The notes under the pieces are model-generated. The model searched no databases, was not told the DNA's origin, and saw only the letters and a list, made by a program, of their open reading frames with translations. Below are positions 1 through 12,180 of a stretch of 64,000 bases of DNA, one piece after another (the first letter of the stretch is position 1; each line of letters begins with the position of its first letter). Source of the DNA: Chiloscyllium plagiosum (taxonomy: Eukaryota); NCBI RefSeq assembly GCF_004010195.1, contig NC_057750.1:9744062-9808061 (forward strand). The letters are read 5' to 3'. The position numbers were made by a program, and so were the translations under genes.

Positions 1-850
1 AGACAAGACGCCAACCCGCAGAACATTTTCAGAGAACACCTCTGGGACACATGCACGAAGGGGGAGGTGATAGCCTAGTTGAATTATCGCTAGATTCTGG
101 ATTAAGAGACACAGATAATGTTCTGGGGACCCATGTTCGAATCCTGCCATGGCAGATTGTGGAATTCAATTTAGGGGCAGCACGGTGGCTCAGTGGTTAG
201 CACTGCTGCCTTGCAGCACCAGGGTCCAAGGTTCGATTCCAGCCTCGGGCGACTGTCTGTGTGGAATTTGTACATTTTCCCCGTGTCTGTGTGGGTTTCC
301 TCTGGGTGCTCCGGTTTCCTCCCACAATCCAAAGATGTGCAGTTTAGGTTGGATTGGTCGTGCTAAATTGCTCATAGTTTTAGGTGCATTAGTCAGAGGG
401 GGATGGGTCTAGGTGGGTTACTCTTCGGAGGGTCAGTGTCGACAGGTTGGGCCGAAGGGCCTGTTTCCACACTGTAGGGAATCTAATCTAAACAACCCCA
501 ATGCCCTGTGGCCGAATGCTCTAACTCCCCCTCCCACTCCACCAAAGGCCTCCTCCACCACCGAACCCTAACCACCCGACGCCTGGAGGAAGAACGCCTC
601 AAGTTCCGCCTCGGGACCCTCCAACCCCATGGCATCAATGTTGATTTAACCAGTTTCCTCATCTTCCTCCCCCCAAACCTTTATCAAAGATCCAACCCTC
701 CAACTTGGCACCACCCTCTTGAACTGTCCTAATCTCTCAGCACCCTTCCCCCCCCATTCCTGATGATGGGCTTATGCTCAAAACGTTGACTCTCCTGCTC
801 CTTGGATGCTACCTGACTGGCTGTGCTTTCCCAGCACCACACATTTTGAT
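1..850 (+). mobile_element. Penelope-like element 3' fragment (GIY-YIG C-terminus plus terminal repeat), interrupted by SINEs at about 61-490
   Basis: 508-732 translates RRLEEERLKFRLGTLQPHGINVD, a typical PLE endonuclease end; degenerate hammerhead CTGATGA..gggcttatgctc.AAACGT at 760-786. Confidence 0.75.
174..490 (+). mobile_element. HE1-type V-SINE
   Basis: tRNA-like head (A box TGGCTCAGTGG, B box GGTTCGATTCC), V-domain gtgtgg..ttttccccgtgtctgtgtgggtttcc, CR1-like tail gggccgaagggcctgtttccacactgt ending in (aatct)n. Confidence 0.9.
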
Positions 851-853
851 TTC

Positions 854-1436
854 AAATTATGCCCCTAGGATATTAAAACCCAATCAAGTTTGAATTTGTT
901 GTTTGGCCAACATTGAACCAATGTTGGGGGGGTATAAAATGCGGACATTTTGGAAAATTGCTCAGAGAGCACCTGCCGTCGAGAGAGAAACTCGTGGAGA
1001 GCTACCATCTTACTCTCAAAGCAATTAGAAAAAACTCGCTATCGAAGGTACCTCTTCATGTGGGACACACTCGCAGTAAAAAGAAAGAAGACGACCCAGG
1101 GAGATCAGAAGAGTGAAGACACTGAAGAAGACAGCAACTGTGCGATTTTGAAATTAAGTTGATGTAATTTTAATAAGTGGCTTATTGGAACAGCATATTG
1201 TTATAGAGTTGGAGGCAGATGGTAAGCAGTTAAGAGAAAAGGGGGGAGGCTTAGAGTTGCGAATAATTGTTGTTTAATTTTCACTTTTCGAGTTTAAAAA
1301 CCATTGATGCTATTTCCTTTCAATAGTGCAATTGAGGAGTTCTCCGTCACTCATATTATAATAGATTACAAGGTGAGGCGGGTTTTTCTGGGTGTCTGGT
1401 TGAATTAACAGAGGGATGCACTGCCGTGTCGTAACA
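854..1436 (+). mobile_element. 5'-truncated LTR, same family as the solo LTR at 40874-41610
   Basis: Colinear with the reverse complement of 40874-41445; CCAAT then TATAAAA (about 917-939); ends gtcgtaaCA. Confidence 0.75.
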
Positions 1437-1614
1437 GATAGCTGTCAACTCGTTCTGATGCTGGTCCTGTTTAAGGTCAGACGCTATAACCTGATGATTC
1501 AGAAAGCCACAGGCCCCTAAATGAACTCACTCTGCTACACAGCTCAACCATAAGCTCCCTGGTTCCACTTCAAAGTCCAGTCCAGGAGCCAGGGTCCTCC
1601 ACAGTTTGGTCCAC

Positions 1615-2955
1615 ACACAGTGGAAACAGACCCTTCGGCCCAACCACTCCATGCCGACCATAATCCCAAACATAGCTAGTCCCACCTGCCTGCTCCTGGC
1701 CCATATCCCTCCAAACCTTTCCTATTCATGTACTTACTGTACTCACTGTATACCCATGACTGCGTCGCCAAATACCAGACTAATGCCATTTACAAGTTCA
1801 CTGATAACACCACCATAGTCGGTCACATCTCAGATGGCAACAAAACTGATTACAGACGGGAGGTGGGAGATCTGGAAAAAGAGTGTACTGAGAACAACCT
1901 AGCTCTCAACGCCAGTAAAATCAAGGAACTCATTATTGACTTTCAGCAGGATGTTACTCATACCCCCCTACACATTAACAGCACAGAGGTGGAACGAGAG
2001 GAGAGTGTCAAGCTCCTGGGAGTGGTCATCCACAACAAGCTTTCTTGGGCTCTTCATATGGACACACTGGTTACAAAGGCCCAACAACGTCTCTTCTCCC
2101 TCAGGCAACTGAGGACATTTGGCATGATGGCGAATACCCTGGCCAACTTTTATAGGTGTGCCATCGACAGCATTCTGTCTGGATGTATCACTGCCTGGTA
2201 TGGCAACTGTACCATTCAAGATCGGAGACAGTTACAGAGAGTGGTGAACTCGGCCCGGGCAATCACAAAGGCCTACCTCCCATCTACAGAATCCATCTAC
2301 CAGGCCCGTTGCCAAGGAAAGGCCGCCAGCATTCTCAAAGATCCATCCCACCCTGGCAATGTTTTTCTACAACCTCTACCATCGGGGAGAAGGTACAGAA
2401 GCCTGAACACGCACCAGCCGGTTTCAAAACAGTTTCTACCCTACTGTTGTTAGAATAGCGAATGGACTCACAAACTCCCAGCACTCGTCTGTACCTGTGT
2501 TTTTGTTTTTGCTGCTGTTTACCTATTATTTACTGATCGATGTTGCTTATCTCTGTGATCTGCCTGTATTGCTCGCAAAACAAAGCTTTTCACTGTGCCT
2601 CGGTACACGTGACAATAAATTCAATTCAATTCAATTCTTATCCAAATGTCTTTTAAATGTTGTAACTGTACCCAGATCCACCACTTCCTCAGGAAGGTCA
2701 TTCCACACATGAATCACCCTCTGTGTAAAAAAGTTGTCCCTTGTGCTTTTTTAATATCTTTTCCCTCTCACATTAAAAATATGCCCCCTCATCTTGAAAC
2801 CGGACAGAAAAGAGATCAGCCATTCACCTTATCAATGCCCCTCATGATTCTATAAGGTCACCTCTCCATCTCCTACTCTCCAGTGAAAAAGTCCCAGTCT
2901 CTCCTTCTAACTCAAGCCTTCCATACCTGGCAACGTCCTGGTAAATCTTTTCTGA
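1615..2955 (-). mobile_element. CR1/HER1-type LINE 3' fragment split by the Rex1 insertion
   Basis: ttcctattcatgtac|tta..tccaaatgtcttttaaatg rejoins seamlessly across 1736/2637 and matches other CR1 3' ends in the window. Confidence 0.8.
1737..2636 (+). mobile_element. 5'-truncated Rex1/Babar LINE (RT C-terminal part) nested in a CR1 fragment
   Basis: ORF 1728-2453 YKFTDNTTIVG..YRREV..NNLALNASKIKELIIDF..KAQQRLFSLRQLR..FYRCAIDSILSGCITAWYGNC; 3' end aataaa(ttcaa)n; flanked by CTTA direct repeats (1733-1736, 2637-2640). Confidence 0.9.
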
Positions 2956-3057
2956 TCAGCTGAGCCCATATATGGGAGAACAAATTGGAATCTCAATCCC
3001 ATTGCTTGTAGGACATGACATGACCAGAATAGATCCTGCAACCGTTACCTGAATGAG

Positions 3058-3258
3058 GCGAAAGTGAGGACTGCAGATGCTGAGTCAAGATCAGAGTGGT
3101 GCTGGAAAAGCACGGCAGGTCAGGCAGCATCTGAGGAGCAGGAGGATCGACGTTTCGGGTGTGTGTCTGATTCCTGATGAAGGGCTCCTGCCCAAAACGT
3201 CGATTTTCCTACTCTTCGGATGCTGCCTGACCTGCTGTGCTTTTCCAGCACGACTCTA
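3058..3258. mobile_element. Inverted (hairpin) PLE terminal-repeat insertion
   Basis: Left arm (gaaagtgaggactgcagatgctg..cgacgtttcggg) is the reverse complement of the right arm (cctgatgaagggc..aaacgtcg..gatgctgcctgacctgctgtgcttttccagca). Confidence 0.8.
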
Positions 3259-3577
3259 ATCATGACCTGAATAAGCCAACATTAGCCCAAGCAACGACAT
3301 TGACTGATTAACAATATTAACGATACTTTTTGACGAGCTTAGAAGATAAGTATTTATTTCTCGAAGAAGAGTTGTTTGATGAGCTTGTGACATATTGGAA
3401 TGTTTCGGATCGGGTGCGTTCCTTTGGGTTTTTTTTGTTAATTTGTTCAAAGGGCGTCACTGGCTGGGCCAACAGTTATTGTCCATCTCCTGTGGTAAGT
3501 GGGATCCAAGTCAACGTGTTTGTTGATAGAGTTGATACAGAACCTCAAAGTTGAACTACAAATCTTCTTCTCGCTAA

Positions 3578-3683
3578 CAGGGAGAATGTGCAAACTCCAC
3601 CCAGACAGTCGCCCGAGGCTGGAATCGAACCCAGGTCCTGGCACTTTGAGGCAGCAAAGCTAATCGCTGAGCCACTGTGCTGC
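3578..3683 (-). mobile_element. HE1 SINE 5' head fragment
   Basis: Reverse complement of the HE1 tRNA head and start of the V-domain. Confidence 0.8.
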
Positions 3684-3799
3684 TTCAGTGCCACATATTG
3701 ACCTTAATGATAAGCAAGATCTTAAAAAGGAAACGGCTGCATAAAACCTTCAAACGATTGACTTTAAGAATTCCTATGAGTACCGCAAATACCAGGACA

Positions 3800-4475
3800 C
3801 GTGGAGAAAGTGCACAGAGGGTTGGTGGGATCCTGGGCTTTATAACAAGAGACATTCCATACAGAAACAGTGACAGTATGTGGCTTTTTGGTTCAGCCTC
3901 TGCTGAAATTGATGGGGCCACTTTTGGAATACTGCATTCAATTCTCATCACCCAACTAACGGAAGGATGTTGTGAAACTTGAAAAGATTCAGAAAAGATT
4001 TACAAGGAAGTTGCCAGGGTTGGAGAGTTTGAACTATTCCGAGAGGCTGAGTAGGCTGGGGCTGTTTTCCCTGGAGCATCGGAGGCTGAGGCTTGACCTT
4101 ACGGAGGTTTATAAAATCATCAGGGATGTGGATAGGATAAATAGACAAGTTCTTTTCCCTGTGGTGGGGGAGTCCAGGACTAGAGGGTAAAGGTTTAAGG
4201 TGAGAGGGAAAAGATTAAAAGGGACCTGAGGGGCAACGTTTTCACACAGAGGGTGGAACGTGTATGGAATGAGCTGCCAGAGGATGTGGTGGAGGCTGGT
4301 ACAATTACAACATTTAAAAGGCATCTGGATGGGTACATGAATAGGAAAGGTTTGGAGGGATATGGGCCGGGTGCTGGCAGGTGGGACTAGATTAGGTTGG
4401 GATATCGGGTCGGCATGGATGGGTTGGATTGAAGTGTCTGTTTCCGTGCTGTACATCTCTATGACTTGTATGACT
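3800..4475 (+). mobile_element. CR1/HER1-type LINE 3' fragment
   Basis: KLEKIQKRFTRKLPGLESLNYSERLSRLGLFSLEHRRLR..DLTEVYKI, the CR1 ORF2 C-terminus, plus 3' UTR. Confidence 0.9.
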
Positions 4476-4895
4476 GCTTACAGACAAAGTAACATAAAAT
4501 AAACTCTGGCTCCTGTAAATAATAAAGACAGGGTGGCCTCAAGTCATGGCCTCTCAGTTCTTTTTATGAAGTTAAACATCACTGATAGTGAGACCTGAAA
4601 CATCAAAAAAACTCCACAACATACATTAGCTGGATTATGTACTTTATATCACTCCTTTAAAGTGTTGATGGGCATGTACATCTCACAAGATTGAGAATGC
4701 ATTGTGCCCAGATAGTGTGATGTTATCGTTGGTTGGGGTTTGAGTTGAAATATCATCTCTTTCTTCTACCTCACCCCTTCCCCCACAGCAGGTAACACCA
4801 CTCTCTTCCCCCATCCCCAACCCTGGGTGAGACCCCAGCTGGAGCACTGTGGATAATTTAATCTCCTTATTTGATAAAAGGGTCTAATTTTATTC

Positions 4896-5010
4896 GAGAA
4901 GAAGGGCTCGTGCCCGAAACATCGATTCTCCTGCTCCTTAGATGCTGCTGCGCTTTTCCAGCAACACATTTTCAGTTCTGATCTCCAGCATCTGCAGTCC
5001 TCACTTTCTC
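4896..5010 (+). mobile_element. PLE terminal repeat with 12-bp TSD
   Basis: gaagaagggctcgtgcccgaaac..ctcactttctc flanked by CTAATTTTATTC at 4884-4895 and 5011-5022. Confidence 0.8.
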
Positions 5011-5244
5011 CTAATTTTATTCAAGGCCAGGCCAAGATTTCCAAGCCAGGCTGGGACCTCCAGACCAGGCCGGTACCACTAGGCCAGGTCGCGTGCTGCT
5101 GCGCTTTTCCAGCAACACATTTTCAGCTCTGATCTCCAGCATCTGCAGTCCTCACTTTCTCCTAATTTTATTCAAGGCCAGGCCAAGATCTCCAAGCCAG
5201 GCTGGGACCTCCAGACCAGGCCGGTACCACTAGGCCAGGTCGCG
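4943..5244. repeat. 151-bp tandem duplication (2 differences), possible assembly artefact
   Basis: 4943-5093 is repeated at 5094-5244 and spans a PLE/other-element junction. Confidence 0.85.
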
Positions 5245-5991
5245 ACCTCCAGGCCAAGCCAAGACCACCACACCAGGCCGAGAGCACCACACCAGACTGA
5301 GACCACCATGCCAGGCTGAGACCTCCAGGCCAAGCTCAGACCTCCATGCCAGGCCGAGACCACCTCACCATGCCAAGACCACTACGATATGCTGAGAGCA
5401 CCACACCAGGCCAGGACTTCCAGGCCAGACCAAGACCACCATGCCAGGGTAAAATCACAATGCTAGGCCAAGACACCATGGCAGGTCGGGACTTCCAGGC
5501 CAGACCAAGATCTCCTCGCCAGGCTGAGACCTCCATGCCAGGCTGAGACCACCATGCCAGGCCAAGACCTCCATGCCAGGCTGAGACCACCTCACTACGC
5601 CGAGACCACCATGCCAGGCCAAGACCACCTCACCATGTCAAGACCACCACACCAGGCTGGGAGTCCAGGCCAAGCCAAGACCACCACACCATGCCAAGAC
5701 CACCAGGCCAGGCCAGGACCTCCAGGACAAACCGAGACTGCCATGCCAGGCCGAGACTGGCCATCCAGAATGAGGCTGCCAACTGGGTCTTCGCTAGGCT
5801 GAGACCACTACATGGGGCTGGAAGCCTCTTCATCACTAGGCCCCAGCTGGGAGAAGAACCTTCCACTTAAGACATTAAAACAGGTAAGATGATAAATGGA
5901 AATAATTATTTTTTAAAGAAAGCAGAGGAGTAAAAAGCAGATGGAGTAGATGAGTTCCAGGCTCCTGTGTTGTTAATACACCGCCATCTTG
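5024..5991 (-). mobile_element. Unnamed non-coding element with degenerate 17-19 bp internal repeats (ccaggccgagaccaccatg) and a 5' CAAGATGGCG motif
   Basis: Related segments at 7122-7215, 16929-17310, 21955-22940 and 11670-12080; see findings. Confidence 0.6.
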
Positions 5992-6825
5992 ATTTTGCAG
6001 ATGTAGGTACAGTTACAACATTTTAAAAGATATTTGGACAGGTACATGAATAGGAAAGGGCGAGAGGGATATGGGCCAAACGCAGGCAGATGTGACTAGA
6101 TTAGCTTGGGAAATTTGGTTGGCATTGGACTGAAGGGTCTGTTTCTGTGATGTACGGCTCTGACTGGTAGGAACTAGAGAACAGTCTATTGGAGATTGCA
6201 AGTGAAACCATTTCCCTTTAACATTGACAGAGATTTATATCCTCCAATGTGGGAGGATATAAATATTGTATAATGTCAATGAGGTGGATTAATGGGTTAA
6301 TACTTGATTAGTAAGCCAGGACAGCCATGCAATGAGAGATTACATGATGATGAAGAGATGCTGCAGGGCGTTACAACAGTGTAGACTGTGAATTAAGTCT
6401 AAGGACATAAAGAATGAATAAAACAGTTACCTTAAAAAGACCTTAGACTCCAACAACCTCCCCTGGAGCACCAACCTCCTCTGAAACTACGCCATCACAA
6501 CAAGAGAGAGAATGAAGCATGTCTTTGGCGTCATCATCTGAACAAATCCTTTTAGGAGAAGAGCAACAGATTTCTTTTGAAAGGTATAACATGAATCATA
6601 TGATTTGTAGAAGTACCTTTCATAACTGGTTCAAATTCAACACTTTATAAAGACCAACACAATTCAATTTCTTGATATATGTCACTCTATGATGCCTGAC
6701 CAAACCTATACTTATAGTGACACTTACAATGTACATTTCACGTCAAATGCTTTCTCTCTCCACAGTGGGCTGCCAGACCTGTTGAGTTTCTCCAGCATAC
6801 CCTGCATTTGTCTCAGGTCCCCACA

Positions 6826-7120
6826 TGGCATGGTGGTTCAGTGGTTAGCACTGCTGCCTCACAGCGCCAGGGGACTGGGTTCGATTCCTGCCTCAGGCAA
6901 CTGTCTGTGTGGAGTTGGCACATTCTCCCCGTGTCTGCGTGGGTTTCCTCCCACAATCCAAAGACTGGCCGTGCTAAATTACCCATAGTGTCCTGGGATG
7001 TGCAAGTTAGGTGTGGTAGCCATGGGAAATGCAGGGAATAGGGTAGTGGCCTTGATGGGATGCTCCTCTTCGAAGGGTTGGTGTGGACTGGATGGGCCAT
7101 ATGGCCTCCTTCTGCACTCC
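6826..7120 (+). mobile_element. HE1 SINE
   Basis: A/B boxes, V-domain and tail as for 174-490. Confidence 0.85.
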
Positions 7121-7539
7121 AAGCTTGGGCCTAGTGACAAGGAGGCTTCCAGCCCCATGTGGTGGTCTCGGCCTAGTGACAACCTGGTGTGGTGGTCTCG
7201 GCCTGGTGTGGTCATAGGGGACTCTATGAGTGTTTTGCTTTTATTCATGGTAACCGCTCTCTGGTGCATATACCCTGAGGGGTCCAGCGTCTCGGACAAA
7301 CACAATTGGTGAAGTGACCAACGTGTTAAAACGCTGGTCTCACGAGCTTCTCATTCTTGACCTGTCTCCTTCCAGACCTCGCCCTGACTTTATGGGATTT
7401 ACTGCATGTAGTCATCTCCCTGTAAGATACAGCAGGAAAAGACAAGTCTGCACCAGAACAGAATTCCCAATTCCAGTCCCACTGCCCACTTTCTGCTTAT
7501 CCAAACAACTATCTTGAAATGGGACCCTGCGGTGCATCG

Positions 7540-8222
7540 GTAGTGTGTCCTTGTGCAGGAATTTCAAAGGTTTGGCTTGCAAGTGTAGCCGGTCATTAAG
7601 AAGGACAACAGAATATTGTCCTTCGTTGCGCAAAGGATGGAATTTAAAAACAGGGAGGTTAGGCTGTAGCTGTATAAGGTGCTTTTGAGGCCACACCTGG
7701 AATACTGTGCACAGTTTTGGTCTCCTCACTTGAGAAAGGATGGACTGGCCCTGGAGAGGGAGCAGAGAAGGTTCATTGGGTTGGTCCCAGAGTTGGGAGG
7801 GTTGGCTTATGAGGAGAGACTGGGATTCATTGGAATTTAGAAGAATGAGGAGGTGGGGGGGCGGGGTGGGATCTTATAGGAACATAGAAAATGACGATGG
7901 AAGCAGGCGAATTGTCCCACTGGAGGCTCGAAATTAGAACTAGGGGGCACAGTCTCAAAATAAGGAGGGAGCAGATTTCGGACTGAGCTGAGGGGGAACT
8001 TCTTCACCCAGAGGGTTGTGAATCTGTGGAATTCCCCGCCCAGTGAAGCAGTTGAGGCTTCCTCATTGAATGTTTTTAAGGAAAGATAGATTTTTGAACA
8101 GTAAAGGGATTCAAGGTTATGGTGGCTGGGCGGGTAATGGAGCTGAGGCCATGAGAAAGATCAGCCGTGATTTTATTGAATGGCGGGGCAGGCTGGAGGG
8201 GCCAGACGGCCTACTCCTAAGA
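7540..8222 (+). mobile_element. CR1-type LINE 3' fragment (second subfamily)
   Basis: aggccacacctggaatactgtgcacagttttggtctcct (RPHLEYCAQFWSP) and ttcacccagagggttgtgaatctgtggaattc. Confidence 0.85.
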
Positions 8223-8236
8223 AATCACAGACCTCT

Positions 8237-8357
8237 GAGAGAGAGAGAGAGAGACAGTGACAGAGAAAAAGAGAGCGAGTGAGCAAGAGAGAGCGATAAG
8301 AGAGAGAGAGACAGACAGAGAGACAGACAGACAGATAGAGAGAGAGAAAGAGAGAGC
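8237..8357. repeat. (GA)n/(GACA)n microsatellite
   Basis: Directly visible. Confidence 0.95.
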
Positions 8358-9295
8358 GTCTCCTGCTCTTGTCACTAAGGACTGGGCCTTGGATACCCAC
8401 CTGATGAGGTCATACTTCTGGGAAAAGTACCACAGCGGTTTGGACATGGTCTTCTGGTTAACAAGGAGACCCTCTTCCTGGTACTGCCTACCATTGTGAA
8501 GGTTTACACGTGGACAATTGAACTGTTTGGCCAAGTTACTGATGTACCTTCCAGGGCCAACAGTGACTGAACCCATAGCTTCCCACTGCTCCACATCCCG
8601 AGCCAGATGGGCTCCTCAGAGCTCATTCCCGATGAAGGGCTGATGCCGGAGATGTCGACTCTCCTGTTCCTTGGATGCTGCCTGACCTGCCATGCTTTTC
8701 CAGCGCCGCATTCTCGACTGTGATCTCCAGCATCTGCAGTCCTCACTTTCTCCCAGCAGAGAAAGAACACCCCAGATGTATAACTATCTCCTCACTGAGC
8801 TCAATGAGGACCTGCAGGAGATAAACTGATGGCTACACTTTAAATATTACATGTCCAAAGTTCTTCAGAATAAAGAGTTGATCTTCAATTTTGGGCTTGT
8901 TGGCAAATTCGTTCCTATTCCTCTCTGATATTCTTGCTATCAGAGGGGGTTCTCAAGCATTATATCGGAATGGCCTCCCCTCTGATGGGAGAGCTGGAAG
9001 CTGGGAGACATTAATGGCCACCACTGTTGACCAAGGTCTACTTGACTCCTATGATCTACAGTCGATGCAGAGAAGGGATCTTTCCCTTCAGTGGGATATT
9101 TGTTCCTGATGAGGTGATCTATATGTTAGCTTTTGTATGACATGAGACATGAGTAACATAGTCCTGAGGATACCACAGATTTTTTATTACAGGTTCCTGG
9201 TATCAATATTACAATCACAATTACAATCACTTGCATGGCTAGGCTAAACAGCATGGATGTAAACTGTAGGGTGTTTTTTTGGAAAATTATTCTTT

Positions 9296-9625
9296 TATTT
9301 ATTCATTGGATGAGGGTACCACTGGCTAGGCCAGCATTAATTGCCCATCCCTAATTGCTCAGAGGGCAGTTAAGAGTCAATCACATCGCTGTGGGTCTGG
9401 AGTGACATGTAGGCCAGACCACGTAAGGTTGGCAGTTTCCTTCCCTAAAGGATGTTAGTGAACTGGATAGGGTTTTCCCCCAACAATCGGTCAACATTAG
9501 ACTCTTAATCCCAGATTTTTATTGAATTCTAATTCCACCACCTGCTGTGGCAGGATTTGAACCCAAGTCCCCAAAGCATTTCCTGGGTCTCTGGGTTAAC
9601 AGGCCACTAGGCCATCGTCTCCCCT
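9296..9625 (-). mobile_element. Second tRNA-derived SINE family (also at 61-172, 32070-32345, 36470-36745, 39170-39480)
   Basis: B box ggttcaaatcc; conserved core tagggaaggaaa.tgcc.tccttac.tggtctggcctacatgt.actccagacccacagc; tail caattagggatgggcaat shared with CR1-like 3' ends. Confidence 0.75.
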
Positions 9626-10887
9626 CTAGAAAGATAAGGTCAGCAGATACATGGGAACACCACCGTGCAAGTTCCCCTCCAAGCTACTTGCATAGAACAT
9701 GGAACATTATAACGCAGTACAGGCCCTTCGGCCCTCGATGTTGCACCGACCTGTGAAACCCATCTAACCTACACTGTTCCATTATCATCCATACGTTTAT
9801 CCAATGACCATTTAAATGCCCTTAAAGTTGGCAAGTCCACTACTGTTGCAGGCAGTGTGTTCCACACCCCGACTACTCTCACCACCCTGACTTGGAAATA
9901 TATTTCTGTTCCTTCAGTGTCGCCGGGTCAAAATTCTGGAACTCCCCCCCCCACTAAGGGCATTGTGGGTCGACCCACACTCCAAAACTGCAACAGGCAA
10001 CTCCCCACCTCCTTTTCCAGAGACGGGCAATTAGTGCTGATGGAGCCAGCTCACTCACAGTCAATTACAACAGAGTTGAAAGACGTTCACGTTATGGACA
10101 GGGTACTAGAGAGGTGGTTCAGAACTACAAAAAGCTCTCAGCAAGAACGAGTGCCTTTAAGAGAGAGAGGAGAGATGAAATTGGATCCTCTTTAGAAAGA
10201 AATTGTTAAATGTGTTTGAGTTAAGTACAAAGATACAGCAAGAGGCTGAAGAGGATATGCGTCATGGAAACACATCAGTTCACCATCATGCTTCTATTCT
10301 GTTCAGTTTCAATGTTCCACTGAGAATAATCTGGAACGGGTTATCCATCACCCAGCTCCTTCTTAGAGCTGTCAGAGAGATTGAGCATTTTCAAGGGACT
10401 TCGAGCTACCTCACAACACAGCGTCATAGAAGCTGATTCATTCATTCCTCCCAGCATGTTCCATTTCAAATCTGTTATTGCTTTACAACTGGGCGGCTTC
10501 AGGCTTGTATCTAACCAACAGAGTCTTAATTCCAACAGCACACGATCTTCCAGTGCTACCCATAAACTAGAATATAAGCAAACACTTCAGATTGCTTCTA
10601 AACAGTAGTCGTTCACTGGGAAACATACTAAAGTGAGCAGACCTCTTCACAGGTTAGATACAAAATGGATGAGAATTCCGAGAATCGATTGTTGTTCCAT
10701 TGAGCATAAAGTAACCCCATTTAATTGGCACCTCTTCCATCCCTTTCGACGTTTGCTATCCTCTACCACAGAAACACAGTAGCAGCAGTAGACGCTGTCT
10801 GCAAAGCACACTCTGGCAACACAGTAAGGCTCCTGACACAGCACCTTCCTAATCTCTACTATCTAGAAAGACACAGGTAACTGATGT

Positions 10888-11165
10888 ACGGTGGCACAGT
10901 GGTTAGCACTGCTGCCTTATAGTGCTAGAGACCCGGGTTCAATTCCCACCTCGGGCAACTGTCTGTGTGAAGATTGCACGTTCTCCCTGTGTCTGCGTGG
11001 GTTTCCACCCACAGTCCAAAAATGTGCAGGTCAGGTGAATTGGCCATGTTAAATTGCCTCTAGTGTTAGATGTAGGGGAATGGGTGTGGGTGGGTTGCTC
11101 TTCGGAGGGTCAGTGTGGACTTGTTGGGCCGAAGGGCCTGTTTCCACACTGTAAGTAATCTAATC
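10888..11165 (+). mobile_element. HE1 SINE
   Basis: Head ggtggcacagtggttagcactgctgcc through tail gtaagtaatctaatc. Confidence 0.9.
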
Positions 11166-11198
11166 ACTACCTCCACATCAAGCACTGAGGATGTATAT

Positions 11199-11565
11199 AT
11201 ATTTTTTCTTTCATTAACCCCCACACTACCGCCTAAATGTGGTAGTGTTTATATTTTCCCCAGCACCCATGGTGTGTGTGTGCGGGTGTGAGACACGGTG
11301 AATGGCAACACATGGACAAATCTTTATTCAATTCCCACCACCAGGAAGAAAGGAAACACCCGAGTGGCCAGTGACAAGCACTGCCCTTCACATCAAAGGG
11401 CAGTGCTGTGTGATCAAACAGTGAAGGGGAGGGCAGGGGTTAAATCAAAATAGAGTTGGAGGGGGAAATAATGCACTCCACTCCCTGCGGCGCCCACTTC
11501 TCCCTGAACAACTCCATGGTGTTGGTGGGCACCGCGTGTTCCTTCTCCAGGGACCCCCGGGCTCT
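11199..11565 (-). mobile_element. Tx1-like (L1 clade) LINE 3' end
   Basis: Minus strand reads ..SLEKEHAVPTNTMELFREKWAPQGVECIISPSNSILI-stop, then AATAAA and an A-rich end; imperfect TSD tcaagcactg.gga..tatat at 11178 and 11566. Confidence 0.7.
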
Positions 11566-12180
11566 TCAAGCACTGTGGAAATATATCGCCGTTCCTTCAC
11601 TGTCACTGGGTCAAAATCCTGGAACTCCCTCCCTAAAGGCATTGTGGGTCAATCTAGAGCACATGGAGTGAGAATTGGAATTAGGTTTCATTGTCACATG
11701 TACTCAAGTCCTGGAGTACGGTGAAAAGTTCACAATGTCACCTCTCATTAGCACCACCTTAGGTACAAAGTGCCTAGGGACAAATCTTAGACACAAAAAA
11801 GAGAAATAAAGAAGAAGGTTACGGTGAATAATAGTTTAAAGTTAGGAAATAAGACACACAGTTAAAAGGATAAACATTCCAGTCAGATAAATAGATTACA
11901 GATAAACATTACATTGCAAAGTAGATCAGCGCAGAGGTTCTCAGACACGGTCTGACTGCCTGCACCCAAGCCCAGTCCAATAACAACAATCCCCACTCTA
12001 TTCCGTGCCTCCAACCCCCTCTGCCCCAGCTCTCAGCTGCTCCAACGTAAGTCTTCTTTTAAGAAAAACACTTTAAAAACTGCAAAGGTTCAAGAAGGCA
12101 GCTTACCACCACTTTCTCCAGGTTAGCTAGGGACGGGCAATAAATGCTGGGCCCAGCCAGTGATCCCAGGAATGAATTAA

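Noticed and set aside
174..250. tRNA gene-like A/B boxes (many copies)
   Set aside because: These are SINE heads that continue into the V-domain and LINE tail, not standalone tRNA genes.
10341..10570. Minus-strand frame faintly resembling an NLR/ribonuclease-inhibitor LRR (LELRLCWLD..LKMLNLSDS..LGDG)
   Set aside because: LRR spacing and the conserved Asn are missing and no partner exons were found; it would need a Pfam/HHpred hit.
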